A DNA stretch of 64,000 bases from Macrostomum hystrix (taxonomy: Eukaryota > Animalia > Platyhelminthes): contig CATNEN010000007.1 in the NCBI GenBank assembly GCA_950097015.1, forward strand, positions 11,222,001 through 11,286,000, in the 5' to 3' direction. Position numbers and translations under genes: made by a program. Numbering within the stretch: the first letter of the stretch is position 1; every line of letters begins with the position of its first letter. The notes beneath the pieces are model-generated. The model did not search any database. It worked only from the letters and a program-made list of their open reading frames with translations, and was not told where the DNA came from. Positions 25,508-37,610 of this stretch are shown piece after piece.

Positions 25508-26330
25508 ATGAACTGGACAACCCTCGCCGCTCTGGCCCTGCTGGCCGCCATGGCGCCCGCCGCCTCTCTGGCTGACGGCAAGACGCTCGCCCCAGGTGAG
25601 TCGCCCGGCTTGGCGCGGACAAGGTAGGGGCGGCAACGAAGACCCCGAAGGGCTTGGAGGGTGCTCTGAGAGGCCAGGGACCGCCGCCTTTTTGCTGTTC
25701 TGCCTGAAGGGGCACTGTAGGTGAATTTATCCGAAAATAGCAGTTGCTGAAATAGGAAACTGGCGGCATACCAACCCGGGTTTGATTGACAGGTCAAGCT
25801 CCGCTGGCCCACGCATTATTGTGCGCTTAGCCCGCCTGTTTCTGATTCTTATTCTTTCAAACAAGACCGGCCAACCCGCAGACACGGAGCAATCCTCTCT
25901 GGGGGCGGACAAGCGATACATGCGCTTCGGCAGGTCCGGCGGGGATGCGGATGACAATCTCATCGACGACTCGGAGCCTAGCGAGTTCGATAAACGATAC
26001 ATGCGCTTCGGCAAGAGGTACATGCGCTTCGGGAAGCGCTACATGCGTTTCGGTCGGAGCTACGAGGACCCCAGCGCCGACGTCGACAAGCGGTACATGC
26101 GATTCGGCAAGAGGTACATGCGCTTCGGGAAGCGCTACATGCGTTTCGGTCGGAGCTACGAGGACCCCAGCGCCGACGTCGACAAGCGGTACATGCGATT
26201 CGGCAAGAGGTACATGCGCTTCGGGAAGCGCTACATGCGTTTCGGTCGGAGCTACGAGGATTCCAGCGCCGAGCTTGACAAGCGATACATGCGATTTGGC
26301 AAGAGGTACATGCGCTTCGGTCGAAAGTGA
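25508..26330 (+). CDS. FMRFamide-like neuropeptide precursor encoding 12 copies of YMRFamide; exons 25508-25595, 25882-26330; 178 aa
   Basis: Signal peptide [22 protein letters not shown] and a phase-1 GT-AG intron. KR-YMRF-G-(KR/R) occurs 12 times with acidic spacers; the Gly is the amidation donor. Confidence 0.96.
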
Positions 26331-28916
26331 ATAGCAGACTCTAATAGAATAAGAACCTATAGGGCGATGTCAACTCCCCTGTCTCATTCCCGCCTCTGTT
26401 CCCCCTCCTCCCCAGTTTTCGTTCTAATTCTGAATTTGCACCGCGCACTGAGTAACGCAAACCACGCGAGCAGCTGAGCGACCATCACTGGATTATAAAA
26501 TAATAAACTGTTCGAGCCAATGCTCTCTGACTATAAATCTGAAAACTTTAACAGTTGTTTTATTGAGTTATCTATTGCTTACTCACGAAATACGATATGG
26601 TCTCTTAGATGTAACAGTCGCGGATCGGTGAATACGGTAATCGGTAAATCGGTGAGCTTTCTGGGGTTTTTGGGGCTGTGACCTGGCATGGGATGTGACG
26701 GGCGCGGATCGGTTAATGCAGTGAGTTCTCGGGGTTTTGGGGGCTGTGACCTGGCAGTTCCGTGTGGCCAGCGCAGGCACTCGGCAGCTGAACAGGGCAA
26801 ACTGAAGCGGATGCATGCGAGATCGGCTCAGAGATGCGCTCAGGCCGCGGTGCATTATCGGGCGAGCACAACTGCGGCCGTGCACGGCCCCGCGAGTGCA
26901 ATATCGGCCTGGACTACTCACTCTGCAGCATCTGCTTCCTTTGCATTAATGACGCACTGCAGGGGGTGGGCAGGCAGAGCTGAGACACGGAGCAGCTGAA
27001 AGTTCCTGCCTAAATTCATCATCTTGCAGCGCTGATGGAGAAGAGAGCAGGTTCAGAAAATTGATAGCGCAAACTCAGCTAGTCAGACGGCAGAGGAATG
27101 CTTCAGTGCTAAGAGCGCTACTAGTCAATTGTTTCAAGGATGCCAGCCAGTCTGGCCACGCTCCCAAAAACACACCCAAAGTCTCCGCGGCTGCTGGGCG
27201 AAAACAAACTGTCAGCTTGTCGATGAGGTGTCGAAGGTGGCTCGTGATACGTTTCTCACATCAGCCAGCCATTCTCCTGCCCCAATCTCTCAACTCTCTC
27301 CCGCCCGTTCTCCATCAGCATCAAGCAGCTCCGTTACCGACCGTCTCCTTGATGCGGCTCAGCGAGGAAGCAAGGCAGAGAGGGAGGGTGACGAGAGCAG
27401 CTTGTCAAGGATCGCCTCTCATCTCTGCTCAGAAACAGCAGCGGCAACTGGGGATTTGGCACTGCTGCTTGACAGCTCCCACTCAATGTGTCTCTCAGGT
27501 GAGAGCGATTTCAACCACAACCACTTTGGCGGCAGAAGTGCCGCCAATCCGCTCAAAAGGAATCACTGGCAAACACGGCAGAAAAAGGCTCGAGATCAGA
27601 GGGAGCCCGTGAGCAGCGTTGTGAGCAGTAAGGACTCACAAAAAGGCGGGCGGCACTCACGGAGACAGCAACAGAGGGGCGGATCGATGCGATTGGCAAG
27701 CCGAGCCGAACGGTCTATAGATTTGCTTCTCGCATTTCTGCTTTCGTCTGCAGTGGCATCGAAAAGCCGTCCGAGCCACTTTAGGGTGACGCGCGGTTCC
27801 GCGGCTCTCGGATTTCCAGCACTGGCAGCCGAGATTTCGGAACACAAAAGAGACCAATTTTATTGCCCGCAGAGAAGCTGACTGCAAATCTTCTGCAGTT
27901 GAACTAGTTGAAGAGGCCAAAGTAAACAGCCTGGCTGCAAGTGGAAAGTTTGCGAAATCAGATCCTTGAAGCAATTCAAGAAGCTCATCTTCCCGTTGAT
28001 GAGTTATTTAATTGTTTCGCTTTCGCCATCGCTAAACTCAAGAACTGGGCAAACTGGAACCAAAATCAGCTCGGATTTCAGCTGTTGCTGATGGGCCAAA
28101 AAAAATTCGCGATTAGATGAGGAGCGTTCATAGAGAAGTCAGCGGCGAGTGAGCAGTTCATTCTCGCGAACGAGGCGAAGCAGATTGCTGGTGAATCGAT
28201 GAGTCTACGCTGAGCGAACAAGAGCGGGCTGCGTTCTTTTGTGGGAAGCACCTTGTACCTGCACCGCCACCTCCCCGCCTCGGTGCGGCGTGGCACAAGC
28301 CAAGACGGACAGCTCGCAGATTCTGATCCGCGGAAAATTGCAAAATTTTCTGCCTGACTTGGAGCAGCCGTGGCGGGCGACCCTTCCCCCCGCTCTCTCG
28401 CGAGGTACCTGTGGCACAAGTACTTTTAGTTGGATTTCTCGAATCAATGGCTGGTTGGCTGCCACCGAACCAGGCGTCGGTCCTTCCCGCAAGCTAGTTA
28501 AAGCGGCCCGAGTTTCCCCTGTTGTTTTTTGTCCTTCTCAATGGCTAATCAATTTTCCTTCCACTCGGCCTCTGAAATGCGTCGCATTTTGATTAATTGA
28601 CTGATTGGGAATGTTGCTATTTGTTGAGTGAAATCTGAGTTCGCACTCCCCGGAGTGGTAATTGACATTTTGAAAGACTGCGAAAGCATGTGGAGTCCTC
28701 AGCCGCTTTCAGAACAAATTTCTAGTTCATTTTTAGCATTTAAACCTGAAGTCAGGGAGCAGCTCTTTTTATTTAATTTAATTTAATTGACAAACTATTC
28801 ACTTTCAAAATATTTTTGTTTTCTAGGCGCAAGACAGGCTTTCAGCTAGGGACCTTGTTTTTGTGGACGAAATTTAGAAAGCTTTAGAGCCAAAAGTCCT
28901 AGTCTTCCCTCAGAGG

Positions 28917-29580
28917 CAGTGATGTACATTCTGAGTGTGCATTCAGTGATGTACATTCTGAGTGTGCATTCAGTGATGTACATTCTGAGTGTGCATTCAG
29001 TGATGTACATTCTGAGTGTGCATTCAGTGATGTACATTCTGAGTGTGCATTCAGTGATGTACATTCTGAGTGTGCATTCAGTGATGTACATTCTGAGTGT
29101 GCATTCAGTGATGTACATTCTGAGTGTGCATTCAGTGATGTACATTCTGAGTGTGCATTCAGTGATGTACATTCTGAGTGTGCATTCAGTGATGTACATT
29201 CTGAGTGTGCATTCAGTGATGTACATTCTGAGTGTGCATTCAGTGATGTACATTCTGAGTGTGCATTCAGTGATGTACATTCTGAGTGTGCATTCAGTGA
29301 TGTACATTCTGAGTGTGCATTCAGTGATGTACATTCTGAGTGTGCATTCAGTGATGTACATTCTGAGTGTGCATTCAGTGATGTACATTCTGAGTGTGCA
29401 TTCAGTGATGTACATTCTGAGTGTGCATTCAGTGATGTACATTCTGAGTGTGCATTCAGTGATGTACATTCTGAGTGTGCATTCAGTGATGTACATTCTG
29501 AGTGTGCATTCAGTGATGTACATTCTGAGTGTGCATTCAGTGATGTACATTCTGAGTGTGCATTCAGTGATGTACATTCT
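28917..29580. repeat. 27-bp perfect minisatellite, about 24 copies
   Basis: CAGTGATGTACATTCTGAGTGTGCATT. Confidence 0.97.
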
Positions 29581-29704
29581 CTTATATACATTAGGTGTTG
29601 TTCATTACGTACTTTGCGCATGTGAGCTGCTTTTATTAGATTTAATTGCAATCTAGTTACCCTATAAAACCTGTTTGGCAGAACTTTACTCAAGCCGAAT
29701 ACTC

Positions 29705-30040
29705 ATATGTAGAGGCGGGCCAGTTAACGCGTTTGCCTTTCGCACCAAGGTCCCTGAGCTCGATTCCGCGATCTAGGCCATATTAATTTGGGTCGCAGCC
29801 GCGGAGAGAGCTTGCGGGCTTGTTGTGCAATTTACGCCCTTGAGGGCCAATATCCTATTCACAGAGAGAGTGTACACAGCCTTACCATGAGAACAGGGCA
29901 GATGTAAACACCTGTATGAGCGTATGACTGCGTACAGTATCTGTGTGCGTGTGTGCTCAGGATGCCTCCTCACTGGCTGCGGGTCGACTGTCACCAAAAT
30001 GCGCCATCGCCCGCAGCCCTCCCGCAATTATTATTATTAT
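29705..30040 (+). mobile_element. Possible tRNA-derived SINE
   Basis: Degenerate tRNA-like head with B-box-like GCTCGATTCC at about 29758, a ~300-bp body and an (ATT)n tail at about 30027-30040. Confidence 0.4.
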
Positions 30041-30102
30041 TGCCTGCAGAGTAAACTGCCCGGTATTGAGTTTCTTCCATCCCATTATTTGATGCATGCA
30101 TG

Positions 30103-30287
30103 CATGTCCATTGCCTGCTGAATATACTGGACTAACTTCACCGGTGCACATGTCCATTGCCTGCTGAATATACTGGACTAACTTCACCGGTGCACATGTC
30201 CATTGCCTGCTGAATATACTGGACTAACTTCACTGGTGCACATGTCCATTGTCTGCTGAATATACTGGACTAAATTCACAGGTGCAC
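30103..30287. repeat. 46-bp tandem repeat, 4 copies
   Basis: CATGTCCATTGCCTGCTGAATATACTGGACTAACTTCACCGGTGCA. Confidence 0.92.
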
Positions 30288-30864
30288 ACGTTCTCCATAA
30301 CATCAGCACTGTCTAAAATGGACAAGCCAGGCACTCAACAGATATTCGTCCTGTTAGCAGGGCTAAAAACTGTAATAAGAGGCAACAGCAGCAGCAGCAA
30401 GAGCCGAGCTGACATGTCACAGACAAGCTTGCACTCAAAGCTGTCACCCGTCACTTGGCCTGGCTGAGCAGGAGGCGACAAGAAATTGCGGGCAGTTTTT
30501 TCATAACGTTTATTTTTCCATCGCCAAGTCAGTAGCCTCAGTTCTACCTTCATTTCCTCTGACCCGCCCGGACCGTAAATGAGACGGGAGGAGGGGGAAC
30601 AATAAGCCGCCGGGGATGAGGAAGCGGGTCTGGCAGAGTGCAGCAGCATCAGCAGCAGCAGCAGCAGCTGTAGAAATAAGCTAAGAGGAAACAGATGAGA
30701 CGATTTAAAAAATTGCTAAACAGAAGAGCCGGGAGGGAAAGTGCCAGACAACACCCGGGAGCAGCAGCAGCAGCAGGGATGGAGAGGTGCAGTGAAGCAT
30801 TGGTAAATAAACGAGCCGCGAATACATTAGAGACAGCTAGCGAGTATCAATCAGGTTGGCTAAA

Positions 30865-32080
30865 TAGGACGGCTGTCCAAAATATAGGGAGAATAATTGA
30901 TACAGTAAGCGAAGGGAATAACAGTTTCCAACAAGCTTGGTGTCAACGATAGATAAATGCTTATTAAAATTACAGCTTTAAAATCAAGCCAGCATTGGCA
31001 TTTATTTTTAAGGCAGGCTGGAGTTTGACACAAAACTATGCTGCTCAGCATTTTTGTGTTTTCTTCGAGGAAATCAATGGTCAGCGGACCTTGAAGATCA
31101 AAACACAAAGTCAACATAATCTTATTTGAATGTTGGTGGCGCTTCGCCTATACAGGTGGATCAGAGCTCCTTTGAGTCCAGACCTTGCTTTCCTACTTTG
31201 CTTCTGGATCAAAGTGGGGAACCCGCGTTTTATCTCCTGTCACAATCAGCTGAGAGAAGTTATCGCAGCTACCACTGGCATGCGAACATTAAAGGTTCTT
31301 CTGGCGAATTATTTTTCTCACCAGCTTCATTTCGTTCGTAAGAAGTCGTGGCACCCAGCGAGCTGTCAGCTTGATGAGCCCGAAATCTTCGGACGTGATC
31401 AGATCAGATGGATGGAGCTTCTTAGACGGTTCAAACGGTCCGCAAGTTCTCTCACAGTGACTCGAGGATTTTCATCAATCAGTAATCTCACCTGATCTGC
31501 AAGATTTTTCTTTGTTGGGGAGATCGGTCGACCGCGATTGCAGGTATCGTCGCTAACGTCTGTCCTTCCATTCTTGAAGGTCTTCGATCCATCGGTAGAC
31601 AGCAGACTTCGATGTGCCATGGATCCCACGGATCAGGTCAAGCTCATCGAGGATTTTACTGCCTTTCTTTCCCATTTTCCACTGGGAAAAACGAATTGCC
31701 ACTGTCCTTCTTTTGACGCAACGTCAAACATTTCATAAAGATTTCAGAACAGAAGCTTCAAAGCAATATGCAGCGTTGCTTTGAGGAGTTGCTTCTTTTG
31801 CTCTCGAATCATGCTTTTGAGCTCTTTCTGAGCACATCTATGGCAAAAAGTGACCTGCGTTTTGGGTTTTCAATTAATTGTGGTGATGGAGATGCACAGT
31901 GATGCTGAGCAGCATAGTTTTGTGTAAAACTCCGGCCTATCCCCTAGTACTTTTGTTAATTGCAAAAAATGGATGCTAATGCTGGCTTGATTTTCTAGCT
32001 GTAAATTCAATAAATGTTTATCTATCGTTGATACCAAGCTTGTTGGAAACGGTTTACTATTTTTTGGACAGCCTCTCGTA
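30865..32080 (-). mobile_element. Non-autonomous mariner (Tc1/mariner) element with a decayed, 3'-deleted transposase
   Basis: Long TIRs (GGCTGTCCAAAA...TTTCCAACAAGCTTGGT(G/A)TCAACGATAGATAAA) flanked by TA. Minus-strand fragments FKNGRTDVSDD..GRP, IDENPRVTVRELA, TARWVPRLL, IVTGDKT..FDPE and KIMLTLCFD.QG..IDFL, with stops and frameshifts. Lies 173 bp beyond the Rh stop codon. Confidence 0.9.
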
Positions 32081-32252
32081 GCAATCGAATCCGGGACTGC
32101 GGGGTTTGCACTTCTGTGACGCGGCTGCAGGGCAGATAAGCATGCGAGAGATAGCAGCAGGCAAATAGGAGAGATGCTAGCAAGTGTTTGCAGTCTGCGT
32201 TAATAGATTTGCGTCAGCGCCTTCAGTGCGCCAAATCAACGAGTCTGTTTCT

Positions 32253-35200
32253 TCACACGTGCTCATCGGCCTCCTTGGCGTTGAGCGGCATGCTGCCGTC
32301 CTCGCTGAACGGCTTCGCGTCGTAGTCGCTGGGCACGTGCCAGAACTTGTCATCCTGGAAAAAATTCTCCCTGGGCACCGGGTCCCATATTGGCAGGCGA
32401 AGAATAAGGCCTGCGGGTGGCACAGTACAAGACTGTAGGCTGTACTGGGGTGGCACAGTACAAGACTGTAGGCTGTACTGGGGTGGCACAGTACAAGACT
32501 GTAGGCTGTACTGGGGTGGCACATTACAGGAGTGTGCCGGTGCAGGTGCTGATGTGCTCACCTGTCAGAAGGCCACCCAGGATGGCACACACCAGTGTGA
32601 GTCCGAGCGCGGCCGCCTGGTAGGCCGCCTGAGAACCTGCGGAACGGCCAGAGCCGGAGACACTCCTCTCACCCTCCTTCACTGTGAACTTGAAGTCCGT
32701 CTCATTGCCGGCCACCGGAGCCCTGGCCGGGAACACCTGGTACAGGCTGCGGGTGGGTGCACCAGGTTGGCGACAGATCTTGTTGGCAAGAGACGATTCT
32801 GCCAATTCTGCTGAACGCTGAACACCCATGAACACCGGGAAATCTAGTGGAAGAGAGAGGTCTAGTGGAAGAGAGATCTAGTGGAAAAGAGATCTAGTGG
32901 AAAAGAGATCTAGTGGAAGAGAGAGATCTAGTGGAAGAGAGATATAGTGGAAGAGAGATCTAGTGGAAAAGAGATCTAGTGGAAGAGAGATCTAGTGGAA
33001 AAGAGATCTAGTGGAAAAGAGATTTAGTGGAAAAGAGATCTAGTGGAAAAGAGATCTAGTGGAAGAGAGATCTAGTGGAAAATAGATCTAGTGGAAAAGA
33101 GATCTAGTGGAAAAGAGATCTAGTGGAAAAGAGATCTAGTGGAAGAGAGATCTAGTGGAAAAGAGATCTAGTGGAAAAGAGATCTAGTGGAAGAGAGATC
33201 TAGTGGAAGAGAGATCTAGTGGAAAAGAGATCTAGTGGAAAAGAGATCTAGTGGAAAAGAGATCTAGTGGAAAAGAGATCTAGTGGAAAAGAGATCTAGT
33301 GGAAAAGAGATCATTCCAGAAAATGAAGCCCCGTCTGATTCTCGCATTTCCCAGTTCAGATCCCCAAATCCCAGACTGTGATTGTCTCCACTAAAACACA
33401 GTCCTGGTTGAGAAAGCCTCGGCGAGTCGGTTGAGCACGGCAACCATTGTGAGTACTTTGGTTGTCATCGGGAAATTAATCAGTTAAAATGCTGACTCAA
33501 GCGACTCAACCTGCATAACCTTGCGATTTACCTGTCAATGAAACTGATACCGCTGTGTTTTTTGGTTAAAAATAATTTTTAACCGAGACACCACAATCTG
33601 GCACGGCCATCTGCTCAGCTCAGCCAGCCAGTGAGCAGCTGCCTGCCTTCGCCAGGGAAGGGGACTCGATGGCGCTCTCAAACCAACCTTTCCATGGGAC
33701 TGAGTTTCGAGGACTTAAAACTGCACTGCTTCCTCTTGTGGGATCCATTTAGTGGGATGAGATCTAGCAACAGATATTTGAGAAAGAGGATAAAAATCTG
33801 CGACACAGAAAATCACAGAAGAGACTGGGAACTGGGATGAAGAGACTGGGAACTGGGATGAAGAGACTGGGAACTGGGATGAAGAGACTGGGGAACTGGG
33901 ATGAAGAGACTGGGGATCTGGGATGAAGAGACTGGGGAACTGGGATGAAGAGACTGGGGAACTGGGATGAAGAGACTGGGAACTGGGATGAAGAGACTGG
34001 GGATCTGGGATTAAGAGACTGGGGAACTGGGATGAAGAGACTGGGGAACTGGGATGAAGAGACTGTGGATCTGGGATGAAGAGACTGGGGAACTGGGATG
34101 AAGAGACTGTGGATCTGGGATGAAGAGACTGGTGAACTGGGATGAAGAGACTGGGCATCTCGAATGAAGAGACTGGGGAACTGGGATGAAGAGACTGGGA
34201 ACTGGGATGAAGAGACTGGGGATCTGGGATGAAGAGACTGGGGAACTGGGATGAAGAGACTGGGCATCTGGGACGAGCAGGATGCGAATATGTGATGAAT
34301 ATGATGAGGATCTAGGACGAAGAGAATGGGGATGAGGGATGAGTGCCTCATTAGGTAATCAGGTAGATGGGGATTTGGCATAGGAACCTTGCATGTGTAA
34401 TTTACGCAGCTAGCCCTATGGATAGTTTCCAACGCACCCGTATCCGTAATCGTCGAAGCTGGCCAGGGCGGAGTAGATGATGCCGAGAATTCCAGCGAGG
34501 AGGCCCGGCATGCCGTGCAGGTTGTTCACTCCGCAGGTGTCCAAAATGTTAGCGGCGCGCAGTTTTTTCTGCGGTTGACGGATTTGTTTAAATTTATGCT
34601 AATTGCACTATTGCTAGTAGTCTACTGCTGACACGGCGCTAGGAATGCGCAGATGCTGCGCCTGAAAGTTTGTGACTTTGAAATCCCGTAACTCACGGCG
34701 ATGACGGCGTAGCCGACGACGCTGAGCAGGCCGGCCAGGCAGCCGATGAGCAGGGCTCCGTGGGGCTTGATCATCATATCGGCGACGGTGCCGACGGCGA
34801 CTCCGCCGGCGAGCGTGGCGTTTTGGATGTGGCTCATCTCGAACTTACCCTTCTCGAACAGGGCCGATATGGCGTAGGCGACAACGGTGCAGGCGGCCAG
34901 GGACAGGTAGGTGTTGATCACCGCCCGGTGCTTCTCGTCACCCTCGGCCAGGCCGGCATTGAAGCTGGGCCAGTACAGCCACAGGAAAATGGTGCCTGCG
35001 TGGGCGGGGGTTCGAGCGCTGCTTTGCAGGGAATTTCAGCAGTTCAGCACAATGGGACACATGCCTCCCTGCACTGGGAAATGTGTGCAGTTCAGCACAA
35101 TGGGACACATGCCTCCCTGCACTGGGAAATGTGTGCAGTTCAGCACAATGGGACACATGCCTCCCTGCACTGGGAAATGTGTGCAGTTCAGCACAATGGG

Positions 35201-36688
35201 ACACATGCCTCCCTGCACTGGGAAATGTGTGCAGTTCAGCACAATGGGACACATGCCTCCCTGCACTGGGTAATGTGTGCAGTTCAGCACACTGGCCATC
35301 ACTCACCAATCATGGCAAACAGGTCGCTGTTGTACCGCGAGTGGTCGTTGCTGTTCTTGCCGTCGCCCTGGGCGGTGAGCGCCTTGGAGGCGGCGATGCC
35401 GAAGTAGGCGCCGAACACGTGCACGAACATGCTGCCGCCCATGTCCGCGGCCTGAGGGTCAGCGAAGTGGCGGGCAGGGGACAAGAATCGGCTCCCGAGG
35501 CCAATCGAATCAAACTCGAGCCAGTCAAAGCCAAGAAGAACACAGTTGACAGCCTACCTTGAATATGTAGAGGCCGACGTACTCGTTAGCCACAAAGATT
35601 GGGATCTCAATCATCGACAGCACGAGGCACTGCAGCGGCGACAGTCGGCCCAGCATGGCGCCGAAGGAGATCAGTACGGCTGCGCAGGCAAAGTCGGCGG
35701 AGAGCATCCTGCGCGGCGGTGGAGCGGCGTGACCAGGAAAATCACACGGAAATCCAGGGTTTTTGACCGGGGTTTAGGGATCAGAATCTGGGGATCGGTA
35801 TTTCCTAAGGATCATTTCCTAAGGATTTCAAGATCAAGATTTAGGAATCTAATTTTAAGGAACGAGATATGCATATATAGGGATCACGATTTGAATAACT
35901 GGATTTCAGGATCAGGATTTCATGATGAGATTTTAGAATCGGGATTTTAGGATCAGGATTTCAGGACCGGGACTTTATTATCAGGACTTTGGGATCAGGA
36001 TTTCCGGATCGGGATTTTAGAATCAGGATTTCATAATCAGGATTTCAGGACCGGGATTTTAGGATCAAGATTTCCTTATCTTCATAGGATTTATGGATCA
36101 ATATTTCAGGAACAGGATTTCAGGATCGCGATTTTTGAATCCAAATTTAAGGATTGGGATCTAAGGATCGGGACATCGGGATCTGGACTCAGGGTCAGTC
36201 GGCACTCTCACCCCTGAATGTCGATGTAGAACTTGAAGCCCTTGAGGTGGAAGAAGCCGTTCATGAGCATGCCCCACTGGATGACCAGCGCAGAGATGAA
36301 CATGTTGAGGCCCACGCTGCAGAAGCCGTACCACTTCAGGAAGGTCATCAGGAACCCGAAGCCAGCGAACATCATCACGTGGACGTCTTGGAACACTGGA
36401 AGGATGCGTTGGAGGAGGGAGAGATATGAGGCCTTGTTTCCCGAATCCCCAAGCGTGGTATTTTCTGCCGCAGCTCACAGTACTCAGGTCCCAAGAGGAC
36501 TCACTCGGGTAGTTGGGTCCCAGAGTGTTAGCCGCGCTGATGTCGCTGGCTTTGAGGTCTCCCGTGGCGTTGCCCCACACCTTGGCGTCGGCCTCGCCGT
36601 CGTACTTGGCGAACACGCCGAACAGAATGACAAACAGCGCCTGCAGACCCAGTGCCACCGCGCCGAACTTTGCGTTTCCGGCCTCCAT
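32253..36688 (-). CDS. Rh-type ammonium transporter (Rhag/Rhbg/Rhcg family); exons 36688-36505, 36395-36212, 35708-35558, 35451-35307, 34995-34697, 34568-34438, 32746-32562, 32410-32253; 478 aa
   Basis: [98 protein letters not shown] (twin His intact) and F.DDKFW. Eight exons with matching phases, 1437 nt. Confidence 0.96.
32415..32523. repeat. 33-bp tandem repeat, 3 copies, abutting the acceptor of Rh intron 7
   Basis: GGGTGGCACAGTACAAGACTGTAGGCTGTACTG. Confidence 0.9.
32842..33312. repeat. 16-bp minisatellite in Rh intron 6
   Basis: GAGATCTAGTGGAA(A/G)A. Confidence 0.95.
33819..34272. repeat. 21-22-bp minisatellite in Rh intron 6
   Basis: GGGAACTGGGATGAAGAGACT(G). Confidence 0.95.
35040..35295. 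repeat. 48-bp minisatellite, about 5 copies, filling Rh intron 4
   Basis: CAGTTCAGCACAATGGGACACATGCCTCCCTGCACTGGGAAATGTGTG. Confidence 0.95.
35760..36190. repeat. Degenerate CAGGATTT/CAGGAT repeat in Rh intron 2
   Basis: Recurrent TCAGGATTTCAGGA-like motif. Confidence 0.7.
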
Positions 36689-37432
36689 TGCTGCTACTGT
36701 CGCAGAGTGCTGGTTCTGTGAAGCAAAGGGAACACTTGTCAGAGCAGGGCCTGACTTCAAGCTGGTCTTTGTGGAGCCTGGAGGCAAGCAAGACAAGAGC
36801 GGAATCTCGAAAGAGACCACAGAGGAAGAAGAGCCACTTTTAGGGACAGCAAAGCACGGAGCGGGGACGCGGGAAATACGGGGGCAGGTTTGTATTGCAA
36901 GTCACGGCCCTCGGAACTGCAGCTACAAAGCCATTGATATGCCGTGTGCGCGCAGTGGCATTTGCAGCGCTCTGTCCCGACCCAAATGTCTTGCCTACTG
37001 AACCGCCAAGTCCAAGTTGCGTTTTTTGCGTTCTTTCGCGAGTTGCCTGCCTCGGCTGCGACCCGACACACCCGATTCAGTCGGGGGTGGGGGTACACAC
37101 CCACCAATCTCTCCGCAGTTCCTCAAGGTCTTACAAGCGGAGTGCAGATCAGTGGTATCAGTTCGAGGGCAGCAGCTGAAAAGCTGGCCAGATAAGAATG
37201 CTGCGGGGGTGTGCGCAGGAAGAGGCGGCGGTGTTGAGAGGTCGCTCTGAGGTGAGTTAGACAGAGCTTGCCGCCTGGTCAGTTTAACTTTGAATTTCCT
37301 GTTTTTGTTGTGTCCAAGAGTTGTGAAACTTAACAGGGAGATTGGGAGAAACAACAAGCAACAAGATACGAGGGTTAGGGAGGGGAGGGGGGCGGAAATG
37401 AGGAAGTGAGAGATGGAAAAAGTGAAAGGGTT

Positions 37433-37610
37433 AGAGGAGAGGTAAGAGAGGGAGAAGATGAGAGAGGGAGAAGGTGAGAGAGGGAGAAGGTGAGAGAGGG
37501 AGAAGGTGAGAGAGGGAGAAGGTGAGAGAGGGAGAAGGTGAGAGAGGGAGAAGGTGAGAGAGGGAGAAGGTGAGAGAGGGAGAAGGTGAGAGTGGGAGGT
37601 GAGAGAGGGA
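37433..37610. repeat. 16-bp purine-rich repeat
   Basis: GAGAGAGGGAGAAGGT. Confidence 0.9.

Noticed and set aside
27061-28592. 183-250 aa ORFs downstream of the neuropeptide gene
   Set aside because: Non-ATG starts, no motifs and no exon-like codon bias.
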